A stretch of DNA of 64,000 nt from NCBI RefSeq assembly GCF_036321535.1, contig NC_087436.1:111044001-111108000 (forward strand). The letters are read 5' to 3'. Under the pieces are notes generated by a model. That model was not told the DNA's origin. It saw only the letters and a program-made list of their open reading frames with translations, and made no database searches. Source of the stretch: Camelus dromedarius. Taxonomy: Eukaryota. How positions within the stretch are numbered: the first letter of the stretch is position 1; every line of letters starts with the position of its first letter. A program made the position numbers and the translations under genes. Shown piece after piece: positions 52,301 to 64,000 of this stretch.

Positions 52301-52682
52301 ATTCCACTTGTTCATTGGTAGCGTGTAGGAAGATGATTGAATTTTGTATATTTACCTTGTATCTGCAACTTTGCTATTGTTAGTTCCAGAAACTTTTTTT
52401 TTAGTTTTTGCAAATTGTAATGTTATATGTATTTTTTAGAGTACAGAATATGGAAAATTGTCAGTGTATTTTAACAACTGATTCAAAATCTGAAAAATTG
52501 TTATCCTCTAATGAATGTATAGACAACAATTCTAAATGAGATGTTAGTCTGTTGACTCCAAAAGTATACTGAAAGAATAATAATCTAATAATCCCAGACA
52601 TAGTAACCTTATTCTTAGTTTGAGTCCTAAAATCAGTAAGTTAAAATGAGAATAATCTTTTGTTCATCCTAATAGACTTTTG

Positions 52683-55621
52683 CTTTTATTTTTATTGAGA
52701 TATAGTTGGTTTACAATATTATATTAGTTTCAGTTGTAAAACATAATGATATAAAAATTTTACAAATCATGTTCCATTTATTCTTATAGCATATTGGCTG
52801 TATTCCCTTCTCTGAATGATACATCATTGTAGCTTATTTATTTTATACATAGTAGTTTGTACCTCTTAATCCCCTATTGCAATCTTGCCCCACCCTCTAC
52901 TCTTTTCCCATTAATAACCACTAGTTTGTTCACTCTCTGTGAGTCTGTTCCTATTTTGTTATATTCATTCATTTGTTTAATTTTTTAATTTCGACATATA
53001 AGTGGTAACATACAGTGTTTGTCTTTCTCTCTCTGATTTATTTCACTAAGCATAATACCTGCCAGGCTTGTCCACATTGTTACAAGTGGCAAATTTCATT
53101 TTGTTTTATGGCTGAGTAGTATTCCCTTGTGCGTGTGTATATAATATATATATATATTATATACCACATATATACACCACATATTCTATTCTTTATCTCT
53201 TGTCTGGTAATGGACACTTAGATTTCTTCCATTTCTTAGCTGTTGAACAACATTGTTGCTGCTATGAACAGCATTGTTGAGTTTTTTATAATCCAATTTC
53301 ATTAGTAGTCTGTTCATATCTTCTATTTCTTCCTGGTTCAGTCTGGGGAGATTGCAAGTTTCTATGAATTTCTCCATTTCTTGTAAGTTGCCCATTTTAT
53401 TGGCATATGGTTTTTTGTAGTAATCTGTTATGATCCTCTGTACTTCCGTGGTGTCAGTTGTAACTTCTCCATTTTTATTTCTGATTTTATTGATTTGGGG
53501 CCTCTATCTTTTTTTCTTGATGAGTCTGGCTAAAGATTTATCAATTTTCTTTATCTTTTCAGAGAACCTGCTCTTAGTTTCATTGATCTTTTCTGTTGTT
53601 TTTTTTAGTTTCTATTTCATTTACTTCTGCTCTAGTCTTTATGATTTCTTTTCTTCTACTGTGGGTTTTGTTACATCCCATAGATTTTGGATCATTGTGT
53701 TTTTGTTTTCATTTGTCTCCACATATTTTTTAATTTCTTCTTTGATTTCTTCAGTGATCCACTGGTTGTCTAGTAGCACATTGTTTAGCCTCCACATCTT
53801 TGTGTTTTTTCGCAGTTTTTTTCTTGTAATTGGTTTCTAGTCTCAAAGCATTGTGGTCAGAAAAGATGTTTGATGCGGTTTCAGTTTTCGTAAATTTTAC
53901 AAGACTTGTTTTATGGTCTGACATGTGATCTATTCTGGAAATGTTACATGTACACTTGAAAAGAATGTGTATTCTGATGCTTTTGAATGGAATGTTCTAT
54001 ATATCTCTATTAAGCTTATTTGACCTGATGTGTCATTTAAGGCCAGTGTTTCCTTATTGATTTTCTGTCTGGATGATCTATCCTTTGATGTAAGTGGGGT
54101 ATTAAAGTCCCCTAATGTTATTGTGCTACTATCAGTTTCTCCTTTATGTCCATTAATATTTGCTTTATGTATTTAGGTGCTCCTATGTGGGGTGCACACA
54201 TATTTATAATTGTTATATCTTCTTGGATTGATCCCTTGATTATTATGTAATGTCCTTCTTTGTCTCTTGCTACAGTCTTTCTTTTAAAGTCCACTTTGTC
54301 TGATATAAGTATTGCTGCCCCAGCTTTCTTTTGATTTCTGTTTGCATGGAATACCTTTTTCCATCCTCTCATTTTTAGTTAGTGTGTGTCAAGTAATCAT
54401 TGGTAGATACGCACTTACTGCCATTTTGTTAGTTGTTTTGCGGTTGTTTTTGTAGTTCTTTTTTGTTTCTTTTTTCCCCTTCTCTTGTGATTTGATGACT
54501 TTATGTTTAGTGTTAAGTTTAGATTCCTTTCTCTTTTTTGTCTGTGTATCTGTTAATAGATTTTTGATTTGTGATTACCATGAGGTTTATATATAGCAAT
54601 CTGCATATATATGTAATTATTGTAATTTGCTGGTCTCTTAATTTCAAACTCATTTTTAACAACCTGGCACTTTTACTCCCCTCCCCCTACAGTTACTGTT
54701 TTTGACATATTTTGCATCTTTGTTTTGTATATCCCTTAATTATTTATTAGGGATATAGATGATTTTTACTACTTTTTTCTTTTAACCTTCCTACTAGCAT
54801 TGTACATAGTTGATTTATTATCTTTGCTGTATATTTGTATTTACCAGTAAGTTTTTTTCCTTTTGTAATTTTCACGTTTCCAGTTGTGGCCTTTTCTTTT
54901 TCACTTAGAGAAGTCCCTTTAATACTTGTAAAGTTGGTTTGATAAAGCTGAACTCTTTTAGCTTTTGCTTGTCTGTAAAATTCTTGATCTCCCCATCAAA
55001 TCTGAATAAAAACCTTGCTGGGTAGAGTATTCTTGGTTGTAGGTTTTTTTCCCTTTCATTACTTTAAATATATTGTCCCACTCCCTTTTGGCCTGCAGAG
55101 TTTCTGCTGAAAGATGATCTGGTAGCTGTATGGGAATTCCTTGTAATTTGTTGCTTTTCCCTTGCTGCATTTAATATTCTCTCTTGATCTTTAATTTTTG
55201 ACATTTTAATTGCAGTGTGTTTTGGTATGGTCCTTTTTGGGTTGGTCCTACTTGGGGCTCTCTGTGCTTCCTAGACCTGTATGTCTGTTTCCTTTCCAAG
55301 TTAGGGAATTTTTCAGCTGTTGTCTTCAAATATGTCTTCTGCCTTTTTCCTTCTCTCTTCTCCCTATGGGACCCCTACTATGGGACTCTAAGTTTGCTTG
55401 ATGTCCCAGAGTTCTCTGAAGCTGTCTTCATTTCTTTTTTCTGTTCAGCTTCAGTGATTTTCACTATTCTGTCTTCTAGCTCACTGTTCTGTTCCCCTGT
55501 ATCATTTAATCTACTGTTGATTCCTTCTAGTGTAATTTTTATTTCAGTTGAATTGTATTATTCATCTCTATTTAGTTCTTTATGTCTTATACCTTTTGGC
55601 AAACTTCTCACTGTGTTTATC
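52683..55621 (-). mobile_element. Internally deleted L1 (ORF1 part, ORF2 N-terminus, 3' end)
   Basis: ORF1 peptide LSAETLQAKREW (54958..55170); endonuclease peptide GWKKVFHAN (54118..54372); NLPRLNQEEIE joined near 53280 to the ORF2 end and 3' UTR. Confidence 0.88.
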
Positions 55622-56560
55622 TTCAGGAATATTTTTGTTGATTCTTTTGTATAGACAATTGTATCATATGTGAACAAAGGCAGTTTTATTTCTTTCTTCC
55701 CCATCAGTATACCTGTTGTTTCCTTTTCTTATAAATATTATCTAGAGCTTCCATTATGATGTTGAATAGGTGTGATAAGAGGAGACATACTTGCCTTGTT
55801 CCTGATCTCAAGGGGAAAGCATCTAGTTTCTCATCATTAAGTATGATGTTAGCTGTAGGTTTTTGTAGATGCTTTTTATCAAGTTGAAGAAATTCTCGCC
55901 TGTTCCTAACTTGCTAAGACTTTGTATTATGAATGTGTATTGAATTGTCATATGCTTTTTCTTCATCAGTTTAGGTGATGATATGGTTTTTCTTCTTAGC
56001 CTGTTGATGTGATGGATTGCATTAATTGATTTTCAAATGTTGAATCAGCTTTGCATACCTGAAATAAATCCCACTTGGTCATTCGGTATAATTCTTTTTA
56101 TACATTGTTGGATTCTATTTGCTAATATTTAGCAAAGGTTTTGAAATTTATCTTTATGAGAGATATTCCTCCATAGTTTTTTTCCTTGTAGTGTCTTTAT
56201 CTACCGTTTGCATTACTGTAATGCTGACCTTAGAATGAATTAGTAGTTATTCCCATTTCTTCTATTCTTTGGAAGAGATTGTGGGGAATTGGTGTAATTT
56301 CTTCCTTAATGCTTAGTAGAATTCACCATTGAAAATTATCTGGGCTCGTGCTTTCTGCTGTGAAAGGTTATTAATTATTAATTCATTTTTTAATAGATCC
56401 AAGCCTACTCATGTTCTGTATTTTTCTTGTGTGTTTTTGTAGATTGTGACTTTCAAGTAATTAGTCTGTTTCATCTAAGTTATCAAACTTGTGGGGATGA
56501 AGTTTTTCATAATGTTTCTTTATTATCTTTTTAATGTCCATGAGATCAGTAGTGGTGGCC

Positions 56561-58025
56561 TTTTTTTTTTTTTAAGTATAGTCAATGTTGTGTCAATTTC
56601 TCATGTACGGCATAAAGTTTCAGTCATACAGATATGTACATATATTCATTTCCATATTCTTTTTCTTAATAGGTTACTACAAGATACTGAATATGGTTCC
56701 CTGTGCTATACAATAGAAACTTACTGTTTATCTATTTTATATATAGTAGTTAGTATCTACAAATCTTTATTCCCCAATTTATCCCTTCCTACCCTCTTTC
56801 CCCCCTGGTAACCATAAGTTTGTTTTCTGTGCCTGTTTCTGTCTGTAAGTAAGTTCATTTGTGTCTTTTTTTTTTTTTTTTTTTTTTAGATTCCATATAT
56901 GAGTGATATCATAGGGTATTTTTGTTTCTCTTTCTGGCTTACTTCACTTAGAATGACGATCTCCAGGTCCATCTATGTTGCTGCAAATGGCATTATCTAT
57001 TCTTTTTTATGGCTGAGTAGTATTCCATTGTATAAATATACCACAACTTCTTTATCCAGTCATCTGTCGATGGACATTTAGGTTGTTTACATGTCTTGGC
57101 TATTGTAAATAGTGGTGCTTTGAACATTGGGGTGCATTATTTTTTCCAATTAAGATATATGCCCAGGAGTAGGATTGCTGGATCATAGGGTAAGACTATT
57201 CTTAGTTTTTTGTGGAATCTCCATGCTTGTTTTCCATAATGGCTGCACCAAACTACATTCTCACCAACAGTGTAGGAGGGTTCCCTTTCCTCCACAGCCT
57301 CTCCAGCATTTGTCATTTGTGGACTTTTTAATGATGACCACTCAGACTAGTGTGAGATGATACCTCATTGCAGTTTTGATTTGCATTTCTCTGATAATTA
57401 GCAATGTTGAGCATTTTTTCATATGCTTATTGGCCATTTGTATGTCTCTATTGGAGAATCGCTTGTTTAGGTCGTCTGTCCATTTTGGGATTGGGTTGTT
57501 TATTTTTTTGTTATTAAGTTGTATGAGCTGTTTATATATTCTGGAAATTGGTCCCTTGTCAGTCGCATCATTTGCAAATATTTTCTCCCATTCTGTAGGT
57601 TGTCTTTTTGTTTTGTTTGTGGTTTCCTTTGCTATGCAAAAGCTTATAAGTTTACTTAGGTCCCATTTGTTTATTTTTGCTTTTATTTCTTTTGCCTGGG
57701 TAGACTGCCCTAGGAGAACACTGCTAAGATTTACATTGGAAAATGTTTAGCCTGTATTTTCTTCTAGGAGGTTTATGGTGTCATGTCTTATATTTATAAG
57801 TCTTTAAGCCATTTTGAGTTTATTTTTGTGTGTGGTGTGAGGGAGTATTCTAACTTCACTGATTTACATTTGGCTGTCCAACTTTCCCAACACAACTTGC
57901 TATAGAGACAGTCTTTCCTCAGTTGTATATTCTTGCCTCCTTTGTCGAAGGTTAATTGATGGTAAGTGTGTGGGTTTATTTCTGGGCTCTCTGTTCTTCT
58001 CCATTGATCCATATTTCTGTTTTTG
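56561..58025 (-). mobile_element. Young, 5'-truncated L1
   Basis: Poly-T at 56561, 3' UTR, ORF2 peptide 57794..58075 ([10 protein letters not shown]); imperfect TSD tagtggtggcc/tggtgatggct. Confidence 0.92.
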
Positions 58026-59018
58026 TGGTGATGGCTCTTTTTTATTTCTGTTATTTGTAACTTGTGTCTTCCCACTCTTCTTTGGTATCCTGGCTAGGGG
58101 TTATCAATTTTAATGATCATTTCAAAGAATCAGCTGATCCTTATTTTAAGAAGGCATAGACTATAAAGTGAATTCCTTACTCAGAGTTCTCTGATACCAT
58201 CTACTTATGGTTTTTTAAGGAAGGAAAAATTCTGAAAGCATATCATTGATTTTTTTCTCTTAATCTGATTTTCACTTTATGGTTGCCATAGGCTTTTTAG
58301 ATCTTATTTAACATTGGAACATAGAGGCATATCAAAAAGTTAGCAAAGAGGTGCTTTTTGTCAGAATGAATAACTGCTCCAAGGAGAGTTTTACTATAGG
58401 GATTTTGCCAACTGTACTCTTTCCTATGAGAATTCAACATTAAATCTTCAGGAATTGCCATGAGATTATGACAACATTGAAAAAGTGTGCTTTTGCTTAT
58501 TATTCTACATTTAGACTCATAAAATTTTTCCACAGGGTTAGAGCTGTCAGAATGGTCCCATAGAATGTTTAAATACCTTACTATATCATTAAACTTCAAA
58601 GATTATTGAAGGTAGATATCATAAATCACTTTACTATATTTAAACTTTCCGAAGAGCTATTTCTATATCTCTATATGAATTATGTCTTTTAAACATAAGA
58701 CCTATGAATAATTTTTTAATGAATCATTAAAGAAATATTGATTTTTGGTATAATAGGGAATTTTATAACCAAAGGAGATTTAGTTTCTTGATTCTGAAAG
58801 TATAGACAATTAGAAATATGAAATTCATTAAAGAAACAATGAAAATGCTAGGTTAAAAATCGAAACTTAAAATAAAGGAGAACAAGAACATATGTCTGTA
58901 TTCTAAAGGAGAAAATCTCTCCTAGTAATTTTTAGCTATTATCTAGTTGTCACAGGTTAGGAATCTGAGTTCATACTAATTCATAAATCTATAATTTAAT
59001 CTAAATCATCTTGGTTTG

Positions 59019-59469
59019 GAAGCAACCCAGTTGTCCATGGAAAGATGAATAGATAAGCAAAATGTAGTTTGTATATATATAATGGAATATTATTTACCCT
59101 TAAAAAGGAAAGAAATTCTGACATATGTTTCAATGTGCAGGAACTTTGAGGACATTCACTAAGTGAAATAAGCCAGTCACAAAAAGACAAATACTGTGTG
59201 ATTCCACTTATATATGAGGTAGTTGGAATAGGCAAAAACAGAGGAAGAAAGTAGAATTGTGGTTGCTGTGGGTGGAGGGGGATGAGATTATTGTTTAATA
59301 GATATGGTTTTAATTTTATAAGATGAGAAGTTATGGAGTTGGATGATGGTGACAATTATACAACATTATGATTGTATATAATACTACTGAGCTGAACTAT
59401 ATATTTAAAATAGTTAAGGTGGTACATTTTGTTGTGTATATTTTACCACAATAAAAAAAATATTTTTAC
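59019..59469 (+). mobile_element. L1MA/MB-type 3' end
   Basis: ggaagcaacccag...ttttaccacaataaaaaaaa; perfect 13-bp TSD tcatcttggtttg (59006-59018 and 59470-59482). Confidence 0.9.
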
Positions 59470-59482
59470 TCATCTTGGTTTG

Positions 59483-61790
59483 ATATCTCCTCCAGATACA
59501 TGGCAGAACCAAAGGCATAGTCTCTAACAATATATCCAAAAATTAAATCTCAAAATATAAAGTTCTTTTAAAAAATGAACTCATTTCCCAAAAGTAAAAT
59601 AAATAATAAAATACATAAGCAAACAAGGCACTGTCTAGAGTACTATCTACAGTTGTTGGCCAAAATAATAAAGAACCAGGACCAAATCTTCAAAGACTGT
59701 GAATTTTGTAATTAAAAGATAAGAATATAAAAATTATGTTTTAATCTATTTAAAGAAATATGAAGTTTAAAATTCAAAATGTGAGTAAAAGCTAGAGACT
59801 ATCATAAACTACCCAACATGTGTTAAAAATTAACCAAATAGAATGTTTAAAGTGGAAAACATAATAATGGACTTTTAAAACTTAATGAAGTTGTAAACAA
59901 CCAGTTTTATTTAGAGAGGGTAATTGATCATTGGGAAGATCTGAAGAAGTCACAAAAAATGCAGCAACTAAATAAAAAATGTGAAAGATTCTGAGAGACA
60001 TGGAAGATACAGTGAAAAGAGTTACTGTGGGTCTAACCAGAGTCTAAGTTGGAGATTATAAATATAATTTAAGAGAGACAATATTCTGAGAATTTTCCAG
60101 AATTTATGAAAGATACAAATCATTATATTCAGGGATCTTAGTGTTACCTACCAGGATGAGTGAAAATAAATTCACATAAGACTTAGTTGAAGACGAAAGA
60201 GAAAATGTTGATAACAGCCAGAAGTAAAGGACTGATTACTTACAGCCAAATAACAGACTGACAGCTGACTTCTAAGCAAAAAACTTGGGATTTTATATTA
60301 TGTTAAAAGTTCTTTCATGGAATAAATTTATTTGCAGATTAAAAAAAATAGACTTTATTTCAAACAGACTTTCTTTTTGAAAACAAAACCAAAAAGCCTC
60401 TGAGGTTTATACTTGAGAAAGAAACAATCCTGGAAAGAAAGTCTGAAATGCAAGAGGAATGAAAATATGGATGGGTAAATCTAAAGAAAAACTGATTGTA
60501 TAAAATAATAAAAATAGTATCTACTCGTGGGATTGATAAATGCTGTATTACCTGACAGAAAGAGCATCTAAGCCTAGAGTGATGTGCGTAGAGTTAAAGC
60601 ATTGTACAGCCCTTTAAAATCAGGCAAACATACTAGTTACCTTGAGACTTTACAAGTAAAACTAGTGCATGTGGAAATTTCTGGGTGAAGTAGTAAAAGA
60701 ATAGATCTAGAAATATTAGTTTCAAACCAGTAGAAGAGGGAAAATAGTATGGAAAAAAATAACTTCAAAAGAAAAACTAAGGCCTGTAAAAGCAAAAAAT
60801 AGGAATAAATGGAAATATCAGTTATTTAAATAAAGTATGAATTCTCCAGTTAAGACATAGATTATTAGATAGATAAAACCTCAAATCCACCTATATGTTC
60901 TTCATAAAAGACCCCTTGAAAATGTGAAAGGCTGGAAAAAATATGCACTATTAAAAAAAAGTCTGATTAAACCTGTGTATCAACATGATAACATCAAACA
61001 TAACGACTATAGAGACAAGGAGAAGTATTAAAAATTAATAGGATTTTTATATAATGATAAAATGTACTGTTCACCAAGAAACCATGATAGTTATGAATAT
61101 GTGTTATCAAAATAACATAGCCTGAAAGTATGAAACAAAAATTATCAGAAGTACAAGGAGAACATCATAGAGAGTTTAAGATCTTAGTTAAGTCAAAGAC
61201 ATAAACTAATGAAAAGAAAGATTTGAATAACATAGTTAGTAAGTTTGAGCTAATGGACATATATAGAACTCTGAACCCAACCATTGCAAAATTTGTAAAC
61301 ATGGTGAACATTTTTTCAAGTATACTCAAAATTTTATAAAACCTGACTGCATTCTATGCCATTAAAAAGTTACCAACAAGTAAAAACTGGTATCATATAG
61401 ACCGTGTTTATTGATACAGTTCAGTTAAGATGTGATCAGTAACAAAAGATAGCTTTAAATAAATTTATGCAGAAGGAAATTTTATGACATTTCCAAGTAA
61501 TTCATGGGATAAAGAAAATTCTAATGGCTAGCAGAATATATTTGGCATTGAATGATATTAAAAATACATTTTAAAACTTACAGGACCTTCAGAATTTGGT
61601 AGAAGGAAATTTATAGCCTTAAACTTTTATGTTACTTAAGAAAAAGGAACCCTAAATAAATAGGAAAGAGGCAAACAGAAAATACGAACAAAACTTGTGA
61701 AATAAAATACAAAGATAAAATAGAGAAGACAGAGTTTAAAAGGCCATTTTTTAAAAAGGCTGTTAAAGTTAAAATGTCATAATATGCTGA
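59483..61790 (+). mobile_element. Very old L1 (ORF1 to ORF2 5' region)
   Basis: tgagaattttccagaatt, cagactgacagctgacttct, attctccagttaa, ttcaccaagaaa. Confidence 0.65.
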
Positions 61791-61959
61791 TATCTGAAGT
61801 TTTATATTCTAAAATTCTAAGATTTAATGCTTTAAGGATTTTGCTCATTTTTTAAGATTTTTGGTCTAGAGAGACTTCCCAAATTATTGTCTTTGATTTT
61901 TTTCTCCTAATTGGGATTATTAGAAAATAGTAGTATTGTATAAAAATTAAATAATTAGG

Positions 61960-62190
61960 CTATTGCTTTTTGAGTTCTAAGTGATAGGCACTGGGTAAGC
62001 ACTCTCTCTGTACATTAGTTCATTTAATCTTTGCAGCAACTCCTTTAGACACTATTAGTAGACTTACTTTACAGAGGAGATTATGGCTTACAAAGTAGTT
62101 TCCACAATGTTACACAGCCTGTAATCAGCAGATGTGGAATTTAATACCAGGTATATCTGAATACATGATGTACTTCCAGCCATTCTTCTT
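61960..62190 (-). mobile_element. MIR
   Basis: aggcactgggtaagcact...tcatttaatct...ttttacagaggag. Confidence 0.7.
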
Positions 62191-62248
62191 TATTGCTTTC
62201 CAGTATACTATTTATTTTGGGATAAAAATATGTTAGGTTTTTGTAGGA

Positions 62249-62660
62249 TGGTGGTTCTCCAAGTGTGACACATGGAAACCTTAGGTCCCTAAGACTTATT
62301 CAAGGAATCTGCAAGGTAACATTTTTTAAAAATAATTCTGAGATGCTCTTCGCTACTTTTGCTGTGTTGACATTTGCACTGATGGTGCAAAAGCAATGTT
62401 GGTTAAAATTATGAGCCAGTGGCAATAAACTATACCCAGTAGTCCTTGTATTCTTCAGCACCTCACACATTGTGGTAAAAAAGGGCCATTACACTTAAGA
62501 ATGCCCTTGATGAAGGCATAATTTTTTTTTAATTTATGAAGTTTTAACCCTTGGTTTAGACATTAAAAAAAATTCTGTACAGTTAAATGTGAAGTACTCA
62601 AAATGTTTCTGTTGCATACCAAATTACATTGCTTGTCTTGAGAATAAAAGACTTTGTTAA
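62249..62660 (+). mobile_element. Charlie1-type hAT fragment
   Basis: gtggttctccaagtgtg terminus; gttgacatttgcactgatggtgcaaaagcaatg (ICTDGAKAM transposase remnant). Confidence 0.8.
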
Positions 62661-64000
62661 AGGTCTTAGCTCATAATGTTGATAGGGCATTTATTAATAT
62701 CTATGTGCCAAATAACATAGTAATCACCTTCACAAAGCAAAAACTAGAGAGAATTCATAGTAAAGGACAGACACTCAGGAGTATTAGCATGTCACTTTCA
62801 GTCCAAGATTGGTGAAGCGGATCTAAAATAAATGAGGATATAGAAGACCTAAAATAATAGTAAGGAATAGTTTATGGATAGAAATTGAGCTCTGCTTAAA
62901 TAATGTAAACTGTACTTTTTTCTCAAGTGTACATGGAACATTCAAAAAAATTTACTAAGTAATGAAATCCTGAGTAAATTCATAAAGTAGAATAATACAA
63001 AAAAGTTTTTTTATCATAATGCAATAAAGATAGAAATGAATAACAGCAACAAAAAGATTGTCTCATCTACTTGCAATGTAAACATTCTTTTAAACAACTT
63101 TAGGGTGAGAGGGAAGAAAAAAATTGTAGAATCTCTTTAAACAAATACTAATAATGAAAAAACTACATATAAGAATCTAGGAGATATAATTAAAACAGTG
63201 ATTAGAAAAAGATATGGCCTTTAATATTTTTCTCAGTAAAAATTTGAAAGTGCAAATGAGCTAAATTCCCATCCAGAAAAGCTAGAAATCACAAAGTAAA
63301 TCAGAATAATAAACAGGGAAGGAAAAAGTCAAGATAAAAGCAAAATTTAATAAGGTAGAAGATAAAAATATTAGGACTAAAAAATAAATAGAAAAAAATA
63401 CTTGTCCTTTGGAAAAGGCTGCAAAATAGATAAAGCACTATTTAGCCAATAGGCCAGGCAGCTGGGGAGAGGGTAGTACAGAGGGAGAAAGCGGAGATAT
63501 ATACAAGACACGAGAAGAGGGAAATAACCATTTAAACGGAGAATTTAAAAAGTCATAGATTCTATTGTGTACAGTTTAGGTGAAGTGGATAATTAATAGG
63601 AAAATCTAGTTTACCAGAATTGTCTCCAAAGAGATAGAATACTAAATAGGACTATTCTTTTCTTTTCTTTTCTTTTTTTTAAGAAATAGAAAAAAAAAGG
63701 GTTAAGAAATCTCAAAAAAAGCACCAAGTGTGGGAGGTTTTGAAAGTTATATTTTACCTAATTTTATAAGATCAGCTAATCTCTATTTCATAAAACTTTG
63801 CAGAACACAAAAAAGTGAGTTCCAAATTATTTTTTAAATGACTATGATGTCGATCTAGATAAAAATCTCATAAAGTTAGTTCATATTCGTACACACACAC
63901 AATTGCAGAATAATCTCACTTATATCAATACAAAAATATATCAAACAAAATTCTACACTGTAGTAATAAAATAATTCATCATGATCAAGTAAGATTTGAC
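62660..64000 (+). mobile_element. Old L1 ORF2 fragment running off the window
   Basis: atctatgtgccaaataaca, tcaagtgtacatggaacattca, catcatgatcaagta. Confidence 0.7.

Larger units (their letters stand above)
50445..58137 (-). mobile_element. L1MB-type element in three pieces (50445-52393, 55622-56560, 58026-58137) split by two younger insertions
   Basis: 3' end ttttagatttacagaaaaat...; antisense ORF2 resumes collinearly after each insertion. Confidence 0.8.

Noticed and set aside
1..64000. CRISPR arrays, operons, rRNA genes or other prokaryote-type systems
   Set aside because: None seen. The sequence is mammalian intron with no regularly spaced repeats or long intact ORFs.

Overview
AT-rich, CpG-depleted mammalian intragenic DNA. 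It contains three internal coding exons of LCORL (ligand-dependent nuclear receptor corepressor-like) on the + strand: 17701-17766, 26501-26580 and 27468-27597, which I recognise as exons 2-4. Spliced, they read (G)[91 protein letters not shown](D). Exon 1 and the next canonical exon are not visible in the window. The rest is intron filled with transposon fossils: many L1 layers, L2, MIR, MaLR LTRs, a near full-length Tigger1, MER8-like and Charlie elements, and three tRNA-derived SINEs resembling camelid vic-1, which suggests an alpaca/llama/camel genome. Nearly all ORF-track entries are repeat remnants or chance ORFs. I see no wholly new biological system. The best leads are splice-regulatory features of LCORL (TACTAAC motifs around exon 2; a candidate alternative last exon) and unusual retrotransposition products (a twin-primed L1 with a foreign 3' end; a probable 3' transduction; two old L1s sharing a breakpoint and flank). 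Repeat subfamily names come from recalled consensus sequences and need RepeatMasker/Dfam confirmation; boundaries of old repeats are approximate.
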